Of a stretch of DNA of 64,000 bases, positions 1 through 9,052 are shown one piece after another. Position 1 is the stretch's first letter. Each line of letters opens with the position of its first letter. Position numbers and translations under genes: made by a program. The stretch lies in contig CBDCXR010000004.1 of assembly GCA_965223845.1 (NCBI GenBank), positions 5,088,001-5,152,000 of the forward strand, written 5' to 3'. Under the pieces are notes generated by a model, which did no database searches, was not told the DNA's origin, and worked only from the letters and a program-made list of their open reading frames with translations. This stretch comes from Planctomycetota bacterium (GTDB lineage Bacteria > Planctomycetota > UBA8108 > SXIK01).

Positions 1-540
1 CGGGTCGATCTGCGCGTGCGGGGGCCGGCTCCGATCTCCCTTCGGGTCGGTCATCGCTCCGCCGATCACGTGGTTTCTCGATTGGACGATGCGCACGAAC
101 GTTTTGAGGCGATCGTGATACGACGTGCCGTGCGCCGCGTCGATCTCGTAGGTCACCGAGAAGAGGGCGTTCAGCGCGTCCATCCCAACGCACCGCTGAA
201 AACACGTGCCGGTGAGTTGGCCGAGCTTCCTCTGCATCTTGCCCTGCCGGACGAGGTCGTCGGCGCTCTCGGCGATATGGAGAAAGCGATTCACCCGTTC
301 GCCCGTGAGCGGCGAGAACGCGGTCGCGAGCTCCGGCTCCTTCACCGCGAGGTCGTAGGTCGCCGCGACGGCATTGATCGAAGGGCGGATGAGCGGGTGG
401 TCCACCGGCTCATCGACTCGATCGCCCAGCGCGTAGACCTCGAGCTTCCGACCACGCAGACTCTCGATGTAGTCCGCGCCCGTTCGGATGGGCGCGAGCG
501 CCTCGGTCGCTTCGCCCGGCGAAGACTCATTCGCTGCCAT
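1..540 (-). CDS. abfD: 4-hydroxybutyryl-CoA dehydratase / vinylacetyl-CoA delta-isomerase (HpaB/AbfD family), N-terminal part; runs off window start
   Basis: Manual translation from ATG at 540 (SD GGAAAGGA upstream): MAANESS...TGADYIESLRGRKLEVY...DHPLIRPSINAVAATYD...VNRFLHI...TGTCFQRCVGMDALNA...GGAMTDPKGDRS. CFQRC (Fe-S ligands) and AMTDPKGDRS are AbfD signatures. Confidence 0.9.
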   Translation of the reverse strand, partial: MAANESSPGEATEALAPIRTGADYIESLRGRKLEVYALGDRVDEPVDHPLIRPSINAVAATYDLAVKEPELATAFSPLTGERVNRFLHIAESADDLVRQGKMQRKLGQLTGTCFQRCVGMDALNALFSVTYEIDAAHGTSYHDRLKTFVRIVQSRNHVIGGAMTDPKGDRSRPPHAQIDP

Positions 541-794
541 CGGATTCCTTTCCGCTGGGCACTAGCTCGCGCGAACGCGTCGACTCCGGACGCGCTCGGG
601 CGCAGATCGCATCGGTGCATCATGTTCGCGTCGTCCGTCGAGAGCCACCGAATTCGGTTCGGCCTTCGAACAATCAGAACCGACCCTGCGCGCCGAGTTC
701 GGCGTTCCGCGCCGCGGGAGGATCGACTACGATGTTTCCTCAGTTCGAGCGGCGTCGACACCTCGACTCCCGGAACACCCGTCGACACGGAACT

Positions 795-3296
795 ATGACC
801 ACGCGCGCGCTCAGCCAGTTCGCCGGACGAACGTCGTTCGCTCTCGCCATCCTGTCCGCGGCGGCCGCCGGCGCTCGGCCGGCGGAGGCTCCTCGCCTCT
901 CCGTCGAGCCGTCGACGATCGATCTCCGAGGACGCGCGTCGGCGCAGAGAATCGTCGTCACGAGAGCGACCGAAACCGACCGCCGAATCGATGTCACCGC
1001 GAGCGCGGAGCTTCGCACCTCCCCTCCGGGACTCGTCTCGATCTCTCCCGGTGGCGTCGTTCGCGCACGTCGCGACGGCTCGGGGACGATGCGCGTACGC
1101 GTCGGAGACGACGAAGCGGAGATTCCGCTGACGGTCGCGAACGCCGCCGTCGATCCACCGCTCACCTTCGAGGGCGACGTTCAGCCGATCTTCACCCGAC
1201 GCGGGTGCAACTCGGGACCGTGCCACGGGAAGCAGCGCGGTCAGAACGGATTTCAACTTTCCCTCCTCGGCTTCGACGACGATACCGACTACGCGGCGAT
1301 CTCGGGCGGCGCCTTTGCGCGGCGGCTCGTTCTTCCGGCGCCGGAGCGCAGTCTCCTCCTCATGAAGCCGACCGGAGAGCTCCCCCACGGCGGAGGAATT
1401 CGAGTCGAGAAGAACGACGAAGACTACGCGACGCTCCTTCGCTGGTTGAGGGCCGGCATGCCCCGGCGCGCCGAGTCGGCTCCCCTGCTCGAGCGTGTCG
1501 TCGTCGAGTCGACGCGCCTCGTCCTCGCGCCCGGGGACACAAGGCAGCTTCTCGTCTCCGCGATCAACTCGGACGGAACGCGCCGGGACGTCACACATCT
1601 CGCGACGTATCTCTCGAGCGAAAGTCCGGTTGTCGCGGTCGACGAAGACGGCCGCATCGCCGCGGGAAGGCTCCCCGGCGAGGCGACGATCATGGCTCGC
1701 TACCGCGGCCGCATCGCCGTCTGCGATGTCCTCATTCCGCTCGAGGGAAACGTCGATTCCGAAATCTACGCTGCTCTACCGCGCTACAACTTCATCGACG
1801 AGCTGGTCTGGGAGAAACTCGAGCGGCTCGGGATCACCCCGTCCAAGCCCGCGTCCGACTCGACCTTTCTTCGGCGCGCGTACCTCGACGTCATCGGAAG
1901 GCTCCCGTCCGCGGACGAAGCCCGCGCCTTTCTGAGCGCCCGGCACGAGACGGCTGCGGATGCACGCGCGCATAGAACCGCGCTCATCGACCGCCTCCTC
2001 GCGCGTCCGGAGTACGCGGACCACTGGGCGAACAAATGGGTCGATCTCCTGCGTCCAAATCCCTACCGCGTAGGCATCAAGGCCGTCCTCAATCTCGATC
2101 ATTTCGTCCGCGACGCGTTCCGCCGAAACCAGCCGTACGATGAGTTCGTCCGGGACGTGGTCACCGCAACGGGAAGCACATTTAGAAACGGCGCGACGAC
2201 GATCTTTCGCGATCGGCGCTCACCGGATGAGATCGCGACGCTCGTGAGCCAGATCTTTCTCGGCGTTCGCATCGAGTGCAGCAAGTGCCACCAGCATCCG
2301 TTCGAATCGCTGAGCCAGGCCGACTTCTACGGCTTCGCCGCGTTCTTTTCCGATATTCGCCGAAAAGGTACGGGACTCTCTCCTCCGATCTCCGGCAGCG
2401 AAGAGTTTGTTTTCAGTGGCGCCGGTGGCAAGGTCATCCACCCGCGAACGGGCGCGGCTCTCTCGCCGAAACCGCTCTTTGCATCGGTCTCCAGCGCCGC
2501 CGAGCACGAGAAGCCTCTCGGCTCGAAACGAGCGCGACTCGCCGAATGGATGGTGCGCGACAACGATCTCTTCGATCGCGCGATCGTGAATCGCGTCTGG
2601 GCCGAAGTGATGGGTCGCGGGCTCGTCGAGCCGGTCGACGATCTCCGCTCGACGAATCCGCCGAGCAATCGCGCGCTGCTCACTGCTCTCGCCGCCGAGT
2701 TTCGACGCGATCAATACGACCTCAAGAAGCTCCTTCGCAGGATCCTCAGCTCGTACGTCTACGGTCTCGCCTCCGCCCCGGGTGAGCGCAACGCGCACGA
2801 CACGCGCCAATACTCGCGGCACTACCGCGTTCGCCTTCGCGCGGAGACGCTCCTCGACGCGGTCTCCGACATCACGGGCGTCCCGGAGAAGTTCAGCGCC
2901 ATGCCTCCCGGCTCACGGGCGTCGGCGATCTGGACTCACCGCACGCCCTCGCTCTTTCTCGACACGTTCGGTCGTCCCGATCCCAATCAGGATCCCCCGT
3001 GCGAGCGGACGTCCGACACGAGCGTCGTCCAGGCGCTTCACCTCATGAACGCCCCGAACCTTCACGCCAAGGTGACGAGCGACGCGGCGCTCGCCGCCAC
3101 GCTCGCAGCGAGCGATTTTCCCGCGGATAAGATCGTCGAGGAGCTGTACTTGCGTACATTCTCCCGCTACCCTGATGAGTCGGAACGCGAAATCGGCCGC
3201 GCGTTGTTCTCGCGCAAAGACACGACGCGGCGACGCTCGACTGAAGACCTCCTCTGGGCGCTTCTCAACACGCCCGAGTTCGTCTTCAAGAACTGA
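795..3296 (+). CDS. Planctomycete DUF1549/DUF1553 (PSD1) protein with Ig-like domains
   Basis: Signal-peptide-like N-terminus from ATG 795; GCNSGPCHG, FLRRAYLDVIGRLP, CSKCHQHP, IVNRVWAEVMGRGLVEPVDD, QALHLMN, EDLLWALLNTPEFVF motifs. Start chosen inside the 615..3296 ORF. Confidence 0.88.
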   Translation: MTTRALSQFAGRTSFALAILSAAAAGARPAEAPRLSVEPSTIDLRGRASAQRIVVTRATETDRRIDVTASAELRTSPPGLVSISPGGVVRARRDGSGTMRVRVGDDEAEIPLTVANAAVDPPLTFEGDVQPIFTRRGCNSGPCHGKQRGQNGFQLSLLGFDDDTDYAAISGGAFARRLVLPAPERSLLLMKPTGELPHGGGIRVEKNDEDYATLLRWLRAGMPRRAESAPLLERVVVESTRLVLAPGDTRQLLVSAINSDGTRRDVTHLATYLSSESPVVAVDEDGRIAAGRLPGEATIMARYRGRIAVCDVLIPLEGNVDSEIYAALPRYNFIDELVWEKLERLGITPSKPASDSTFLRRAYLDVIGRLPSADEARAFLSARHETAADARAHRTALIDRLLARPEYADHWANKWVDLLRPNPYRVGIKAVLNLDHFVRDAFRRNQPYDEFVRDVVTATGSTFRNGATTIFRDRRSPDEIATLVSQIFLGVRIECSKCHQHPFESLSQADFYGFAAFFSDIRRKGTGLSPPISGSEEFVFSGAGGKVIHPRTGAALSPKPLFASVSSAAEHEKPLGSKRARLAEWMVRDNDLFDRAIVNRVWAEVMGRGLVEPVDDLRSTNPPSNRALLTALAAEFRRDQYDLKKLLRRILSSYVYGLASAPGERNAHDTRQYSRHYRVRLRAETLLDAVSDITGVPEKFSAMPPGSRASAIWTHRTPSLFLDTFGRPDPNQDPPCERTSDTSVVQALHLMNAPNLHAKVTSDAALAATLAASDFPADKIVEELYLRTFSRYPDESEREIGRALFSRKDTTRRRSTEDLLWALLNTPEFVFKN

Positions 3297-3381
3297 TGCG
3301 GACGCGCGATCACGCGCGCCGCGATCGTTTCGCTCGCTCGCAAGCGAGTCCCGAGTCAACGTTGAAACCGAAGGAGTCGGG

Positions 3382-4737
3382 ATGGACGTCCATCGGAATT
3401 GCGAAGGGATCAGTCGGCGCGACTCTCTCCAGATCGGACTCGGCACGATCTTCGGCAGCTCGGCTCTTCTCGCCGGCGCGACCCCCGCCGGGGCGCTCGC
3501 CGAGACGCTGCGACTCCGAGATCGCGCAAGTGTCGACCCAGACGCCCCGAAGACTCGGTGCATCCTCATTTGGATGGACGGTGGCCCGACGCACTACGAA
3601 ACGTTCGACCCAAAGCCGGACGCACCGAAGGAGATCCGGGGCGAGTACGGCACGATTCCGACCTCGATCGCGGGCGTCCACTTCTCGCAGCACATGAAGC
3701 GACTCGCGGCCGTGAGCGACAAGCTCGCGATCGTGCGTTCGATCCGCCACAACCACGGGAACCACGGTGCCGGCAATCACTATATGATGACCGGCGCGCC
3801 TACGCGCATTCCCGTCGCGTGCGGTGCCTTCGTGAGCTTCCATCCGAGCATCGGCTCGGTGACTGCGTACTCGCGTCCGTCGACGAGCGGCTTGCCGCGC
3901 TACTTCTCGCTCCCGCGCATGTCGCGCTCGGGAGGGCCGAACTTCCTCGGCGCGCGGTTCGCGCCGTTCGTCGTACCCGACAATCCGAACAGCGCCGGCT
4001 TCCGCGTGCGCGACGTCGGAATTCCCCGGGGTCTCGAACCGGCGCGCTTCGACGATCGCCGCGGACTTCGACGTGAGGTCGACCGACTCCTTCGCATCGA
4101 GGACGAAGCCGCCGGCGATCCCGTTCACGCTCTCGACGAGTACTACGAGCAAGGTTACAACCTCGTCACCTCTCCGGCGGCGCAAGAGGCATTCGACATC
4201 GGCCGCGAACCGGAGACGATCCGCGAGTCGTACGGGCGGTCGAGCTTCGGCCAGCGCTGTCTCCTCGCGCGGCGGCTCGTCGAGGCGGGCGTCCCGTTCG
4301 TCACGGTGTACGAAGGCGGCTGGGACCACCACACGAATATCTTCAAGGCGCTCGACGCGAAGATGCCGCCGTTCGATCGCGGACTCGCGGCGCTCGTGAG
4401 CGACCTCGATCAGCGCGGACTCCTCGAGTCGACCCTCGTCGTTGCTCTCGGCGAATTCGGCCGCACTCCGAAGGTGAACACCCGAGGCGGACGCGATCAC
4501 TGGTCGAATGCGATGTCGGTCCTCTTCGCCGGTGGCGGAACTCCCGGCGGACAGGTGGTCGGAGCGACGGACCGCCACGGTTACAGCGCTGCCGAGCGGA
4601 TTCTTTCGCCGGAGAACTTCGCGTCTACGATCTACCGGAAACTCGGAATCGACCCGGGACAGATCCTCTACACGCCGGAAGGACGTCCCGTTCATCTCGT
4701 CAGCGATCCGGCGCCCATCCGCGAGCTGATGGGCTGA
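3382..4737 (+). CDS. DUF1501 family protein (Tat-exported)
   Basis: SD AAGGAG before ATG 3382; SRRDSLQIG twin-arginine motif; WMDGGPTHYETFDPKP, CLLARRLVEAGVPFV, GWDHH, GEFGRTPKVN..GGRDHW. Confidence 0.92.
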   Translation: MDVHRNCEGISRRDSLQIGLGTIFGSSALLAGATPAGALAETLRLRDRASVDPDAPKTRCILIWMDGGPTHYETFDPKPDAPKEIRGEYGTIPTSIAGVHFSQHMKRLAAVSDKLAIVRSIRHNHGNHGAGNHYMMTGAPTRIPVACGAFVSFHPSIGSVTAYSRPSTSGLPRYFSLPRMSRSGGPNFLGARFAPFVVPDNPNSAGFRVRDVGIPRGLEPARFDDRRGLRREVDRLLRIEDEAAGDPVHALDEYYEQGYNLVTSPAAQEAFDIGREPETIRESYGRSSFGQRCLLARRLVEAGVPFVTVYEGGWDHHTNIFKALDAKMPPFDRGLAALVSDLDQRGLLESTLVVALGEFGRTPKVNTRGGRDHWSNAMSVLFAGGGTPGGQVVGATDRHGYSAAERILSPENFASTIYRKLGIDPGQILYTPEGRPVHLVSDPAPIRELMG

Positions 4738-4741
4738 TCGC

Positions 4742-6466
4742 ATGCCGGGCGCGCGGACTTCGTTCGGCGGACGCGCGCACCGCGATCGTTCGTTCCGCAG
4801 CGCGGCGCACCCGCTCGCGCGCGTCGCTGTCGCGGCTCTCCTTCTCGCCGGCGCGGTGGCTCGTGTCGATGCGGCTCCGCCGCAGGTAAACCACCTCTTT
4901 CCGTCGGGCGCGCGGATCGGCACGACGGTTACCGTCAAGGTCGTGGGATCGGTCGATCCGTGGCCTCCGCTCGCTTGGACCAGCACGAGTGCGCTCGAGG
5001 TTACGGCTAGCGAGAACAAGCTCGAGCTGAGCGTCCGCGTCGACCCCGCCGCGAATCCCGGCGTCCATTGGATTCGTCTCTACAACTCGGAGGGCGCGTC
5101 CGAGCCGAGACCATTCGTCGTCGGAACGCTGCCCGAACTCGTCGAGACCGAGTCGAACGATCGCCCCGAGAAGAGCTGTGCGGTCGAGCTTCCCGCGATC
5201 GTCAACGGCCGACTCGATCGCGCCGCCGATCTCGACAGCTTCGCGATCGAGCTCACCGAGGGCGCGACGCTCGTCGCAGACGTCGAGTCGGCCCGCCGTC
5301 TCGACACGCCGATGGACCCCGTTCTTCAGATCGCCTCCGCCGACGGATTCGTCCTCGCCCAGAACGACGACGACCAGGGGCGCGATCCGCGCATCGTCTT
5401 CACGGCTCCGCGAACGGCGAGCTACCTCGTTCGCGTCTTCGCGTTCCCCGTTCCGCCGAACTCGAGCATCCGATTCGCCAACGACCCGAAGTACGTGTAC
5501 CGCCTCACACTCACGTGCGGCGCGTTCGCCGATCATGCGTTTCCGCTCGTCGTCTCGCGGCTCGCGACTCCAGTCGAGCTCCGAGGCTGGAACATTCCTC
5601 CCGAGCTCGCGCGCGTTGTCGTAGCGCCGAGTTCGGACTCGATCGTACCGCTTCGGCACGGGAGCCTAGCGAACACGCCCGAGCTCACCGTCGTTGAGAC
5701 TCGCGTCGAGACCGAGAAACTCCTCGAGGTCGCGTCTCGGCAAGAGCTGATCGTTCCGTCGACCCTCAGCGGTCACATCTCGCGACCGCTCGAGGCGGAT
5801 ACGTTCGACCTCCGCCTGAAGAACGGCGAACGGGTCGAGATCGAAGTCCTCGCCCGCCGTCTCGGCTCGCTCCTCGATCCGATCGTGCGCATCACAGATC
5901 ACGACGGAAAGGAGCTCGCCCGTGCCGACGACTCGGTCGGCGTCGATCCGCGCATCGTCTTCTCGGCGCCGCGCGATGGCGCGTTCGTCGTCGAAGTGAG
6001 CGACCTCTTCGGGCACGGCGGGGAGCGACACGTGTACGCGCTTTCCGTCGTGACACCGATGCCGGACTTCACTCTCGGGATCGCCGCGAGCGCGTTTGTC
6101 GTCAAGGCCGGAACGCCACTCAAGCTTCCCGTCACGATTACGCGCACGCACGGGTACAAAGGAACGATTGCCGTTTCCGCCCTCGGATTGCCTCCCGGAG
6201 TCGTCTGTGCGCCCGTCTACTCGACCCCGAAAGGAGATGCCGCGAAAAAAGTCGAGCTCGAGCTCACGGCCGCGGACCCGAAATCGGCCGCCCCGTTTTC
6301 GGGCGCCTTCCGCATCGTCGGTCGCGAAGTCGGTCCGTCCGGACGAGAGCGAGCCGCGACGTACCGGCGCGGCGAACGCAATCGACCGCTCTCGAGCGTG
6401 TGGCTCACGATCACCGCTCCGCCGCCGCCCAAAGAGGCCGCGGCCGACGACGCCCCGTCGAAGTGA
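4742..6466 (+). CDS. PPC (pre-peptidase C-terminal) domain protein of the DUF1549-DUF1501 operon
   Basis: PPQVNHLFPSGARIGTTV N-terminus, ETESND, DPVLQI..QNDD..GRDPRIVFTAP and a second DPRIVFSAP repeat; starts 4 bp after the DUF1501 stop. Confidence 0.8.
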   Translation: MPGARTSFGGRAHRDRSFRSAAHPLARVAVAALLLAGAVARVDAAPPQVNHLFPSGARIGTTVTVKVVGSVDPWPPLAWTSTSALEVTASENKLELSVRVDPAANPGVHWIRLYNSEGASEPRPFVVGTLPELVETESNDRPEKSCAVELPAIVNGRLDRAADLDSFAIELTEGATLVADVESARRLDTPMDPVLQIASADGFVLAQNDDDQGRDPRIVFTAPRTASYLVRVFAFPVPPNSSIRFANDPKYVYRLTLTCGAFADHAFPLVVSRLATPVELRGWNIPPELARVVVAPSSDSIVPLRHGSLANTPELTVVETRVETEKLLEVASRQELIVPSTLSGHISRPLEADTFDLRLKNGERVEIEVLARRLGSLLDPIVRITDHDGKELARADDSVGVDPRIVFSAPRDGAFVVEVSDLFGHGGERHVYALSVVTPMPDFTLGIAASAFVVKAGTPLKLPVTITRTHGYKGTIAVSALGLPPGVVCAPVYSTPKGDAAKKVELELTAADPKSAAPFSGAFRIVGREVGPSGRERAATYRRGERNRPLSSVWLTITAPPPPKEAAADDAPSK

Positions 6467-6534
6467 CCGGCGACCGACTCGGACTCGACGGAAATCGCGG
6501 CCGCGGGCTTGCGGCGAAGGACCGCCGAGGCTTG

Positions 6535-7005
6535 TACACTATGAGTGTCCGTCCGGTGACGGCGGTGAGCGGGCAGCGCGGCTTGAGCTGCGGGGGGCAC
6601 CGCGGACGGACCGGAGCAGTTGATCGAAGGATCGAGTAGGGATCACTCGGCGGGTGAGACGATCGACGCCGCGCAGTTGGATCGGTTGTGAAGGACGCGA
6701 AGCCTCGCCGACCCTCCGGTGTCGCGACCTCGGGAGTGTTCCGGTTCGCTCTCGCATCGACGCGGTCGTGGATGCGAAGCACTTGGTCAGCGGACAGGGA
6801 GCCGACTGATTTCGCCTGTTCGTCTCCGACGAACGGCGCATCGATCAGCCGGTGAAGCTAGTGCCTGATCGATCGCGTATTGCTCGTTCAAGCATCAGCG
6901 GTCCTATTGAGGGGGCTTTCGCAAAGTTCCCCCGCGACCGCCTGGGCGAACGCGCTTCCGACGAAGCGCGCTCGCCCGGAGGCAAATGCCAGTGGAGGTT
7001 TCCCG
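6535..7005 (+). promoter_or_regulatory. Candidate -10 box (TACACT) followed by a long hairpin-rich leader upstream of the pfk-like gene
   Basis: TACACT 6535-6540; stems GTCCGTCCG/CGGACGGAC (6547-6611), CGCATC/GATGCG (about 6753-6776), ATCGATCAG/CTGATCGAT (6840-6873), 6898-6941 and 6944-6977. Confidence 0.3.
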
Positions 7006-8271
7006 ATGGCGCGCTGTCTCATTGCAACCTTGGGTGGTGACGCACCCGGAACCAACGCCGTCGTGCGTGCGGTCACGACAATCGCTCTCAAGCGGGGGAT
7101 GGAGGTTTTCGGAGCCAAACGAGGCTGGCTCGGCCTCCTCCGAGAAGAGTTTTGGCGTCTGCGAGAATCGGACGTCGCATCCATTCTTCCGCGCGGTGGA
7201 TCCGTCCTCGGGTCGACGGATACGAAGATCGAGCGCGGGGACGAAGACAGTCAGCGGCGAATCGCTGAAGCGCTCAAGAAGTTCGACCTCGTCGTCGTGA
7301 CCGGCGGACTCGGGAGCTTCGCCGTTCTCGATCGAATCTACGATTCTCAGGACGGACTCGGCATCACGACAACCATGTTCGTTCCCGCGTCCGTCGAAGG
7401 CGAGTTCCTCAATCCGCGCCACGGCCGCCCGGACAACACCGACGAGGTTCACGCCGAGTCGGTCGGCGCCGACACGGCGGGCAATCGGGCCGTATCCGCC
7501 ATCGATTGCCTGTGCGATCAGGCGTTCCACAGCCGGACGGTCTTCCTCGTCGAGTGCGTCGGTTCGAAGAGCAATTACGTTCCCCTTCAAGTCGGGACCG
7601 CCTGCGGCGCGCACCGGATGTACTTGCCTCTCCATCCGCGTCTCTCGTCGAAAGATCGCGAGGAGATTCGATCTCTCTACGGCGGTGAGTTCGATCCGAA
7701 CTTTGTCGACGCGAAGGAGCTCGTCGCTTGGATCGGTCGAACGTTCGAAACGACCGGTCAGCGCTATCTCCTCGTCGTGCTTCCGAGCGGAGTGCCGCTT
7801 CTCAGCGTCCGCCAGGGCGGCAAGCAGCCTCACGGTGTCCACTACGAAGAGATGATCACGTCGGTAAAACCGCTCGAGCTCACCGTTCTCCGGCTCGTCG
7901 AAACGCTCGACGTCCACTTTTCGGGACGCGCCGACTCCGTGCAGGTGCGGCACGTCCTCGTGGACGATCTCCAGCGCGGTGGGCCGCCGACGCTGAAGGA
8001 CCGGACGCTCGGAAGCCTCTACGGGGAAGCCGCACTCGAGGAGTACTTCGCGATCGTCAACGCGACGGGGATCGACACGACGCATCGTGGCAATCTCAAC
8101 CTCCTCGCGATCGAGGGGACCGGTCGCTTCGGCTGGAAATGCATCCCCCGCGAGGGCGTCGCACACCTCTTTCAAGGGGAAGACGCGCGCTCGGGCGGGC
8201 TCGACCCGATTCCGTTTCTTCGTCAGTCGCTCGGACTCGTCTCGGGGTATCGTCCGTTGTCGACGCTGTAG
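7006..8271 (+). CDS. 6-phosphofructokinase (PfkA)-fold protein with degenerate active site
   Basis: SD GGAGG before ATG 7006; TLGGDAPGTNAVVRAV, GGSVLGS, VGADTA, QRGGPPTLKDR match PfkA; GGDG, TIDND and MGR motifs are altered. Confidence 0.8.
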   Translation: MARCLIATLGGDAPGTNAVVRAVTTIALKRGMEVFGAKRGWLGLLREEFWRLRESDVASILPRGGSVLGSTDTKIERGDEDSQRRIAEALKKFDLVVVTGGLGSFAVLDRIYDSQDGLGITTTMFVPASVEGEFLNPRHGRPDNTDEVHAESVGADTAGNRAVSAIDCLCDQAFHSRTVFLVECVGSKSNYVPLQVGTACGAHRMYLPLHPRLSSKDREEIRSLYGGEFDPNFVDAKELVAWIGRTFETTGQRYLLVVLPSGVPLLSVRQGGKQPHGVHYEEMITSVKPLELTVLRLVETLDVHFSGRADSVQVRHVLVDDLQRGGPPTLKDRTLGSLYGEAALEEYFAIVNATGIDTTHRGNLNLLAIEGTGRFGWKCIPREGVAHLFQGEDARSGGLDPIPFLRQSLGLVSGYRPLSTL

Positions 8272-8296
8272 TTGTTTCGCGGTCTCGGATGAGAGA

Positions 8297-8374
8297 TTTA
8301 CACGAAGGGCGCGAAGGAACCGCGAAGAGAGACGAAGTCGAAGACGAGAGAGGGAGAGAGAGAGAGAGAGAGAG
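8297..8374 (+). repeat. Purine-rich intergenic element: TTTACACGAAGGGCGCGA, CGAAG iterations and a (GA)10 tract
   Basis: The 18-mer at 8297-8314 recurs exactly at 63955-63972; perfect GA run at 8354-8374. Confidence 0.6.
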
Positions 8375-8514
8375 TTTGTAAGTTGAGGGTCGGGGGGTGA
8401 AGGCGTGCTCCTTCAGTTCGCCGACCCGCGATGGCGCGGGATGCTATTCTTCCTTGTGAGCGCGCGGGAAGTCGCGGGGCTTCGACCGATAAGGGCGCTC
8501 GCGAGGAGGAAGAG

Positions 8515-8955
8515 ATGACCGAGTTCAGGATGCAGTTCACGGGTTGGAAGGCGGTCGCAATCGGCGCCGTCGCCGTCGCGATTTTCGCGGTCAAATACGT
8601 CTCGATGCAGTCGTCGCTTTCGACGGACGCCGCGAGCGAGATCGAGTTTTGGCTTCGCGGTGAGTACGCGTCGTGGGCGCTCGAGCGAATCGATCTTGAT
8701 GAGATTCGTCGGGGCGATCGAACGGCGATCGATCCGAAGGTGAAAGCCGCGATCGACTCGCAGGACGTCGAGGTCGTCGACATTCGTGCCCGCGGTAAGG
8801 AACCGACCATCGCGCGCGTCGAGATTCGCGTCGGTGGGAAGACCCCGCCGGACGGGAAGAGCGTGCGCTACTACAAGCTCACATACTCGTCGATCATCGG
8901 ATGGCGGGTTGTCCGTGAGACGGGGGCGATGTCCTACTATCTGAAGCTGTTCTAA
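8515..8955 (+). CDS. Small hypothetical protein with N-terminal membrane anchor
   Basis: SD GAGGAGG before ATG 8515; hydrophobic stretch WKAVAIGAVAVAIFAVKY followed by a globular region. Confidence 0.7.
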   Translation: MTEFRMQFTGWKAVAIGAVAVAIFAVKYVSMQSSLSTDAASEIEFWLRGEYASWALERIDLDEIRRGDRTAIDPKVKAAIDSQDVEVVDIRARGKEPTIARVEIRVGGKTPPDGKSVRYYKLTYSSIIGWRVVRETGAMSYYLKLF

Positions 8956-9052
8956 CGTCCGCCAGGACAGGAGAGGCTCGCCCGAGGGGTGAGTCGAGCG
9001 GGAGATGCGGCGACCCGATTCGCCCGGTCGCGTGAGCTCCGTTCCGTCGGCC

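Noticed and set aside
16-798. 260-aa plus-strand ORF in the track
   Set aside because: It is the antisense shadow of abfD and has no recognisable motifs.
6692-6725. GGACGCGAAGCC resembling part of a c-di-GMP-I riboswitch
   Set aside because: The upstream GGCAAAC / GNRA-capped P2 and the downstream receptor elements are absent.
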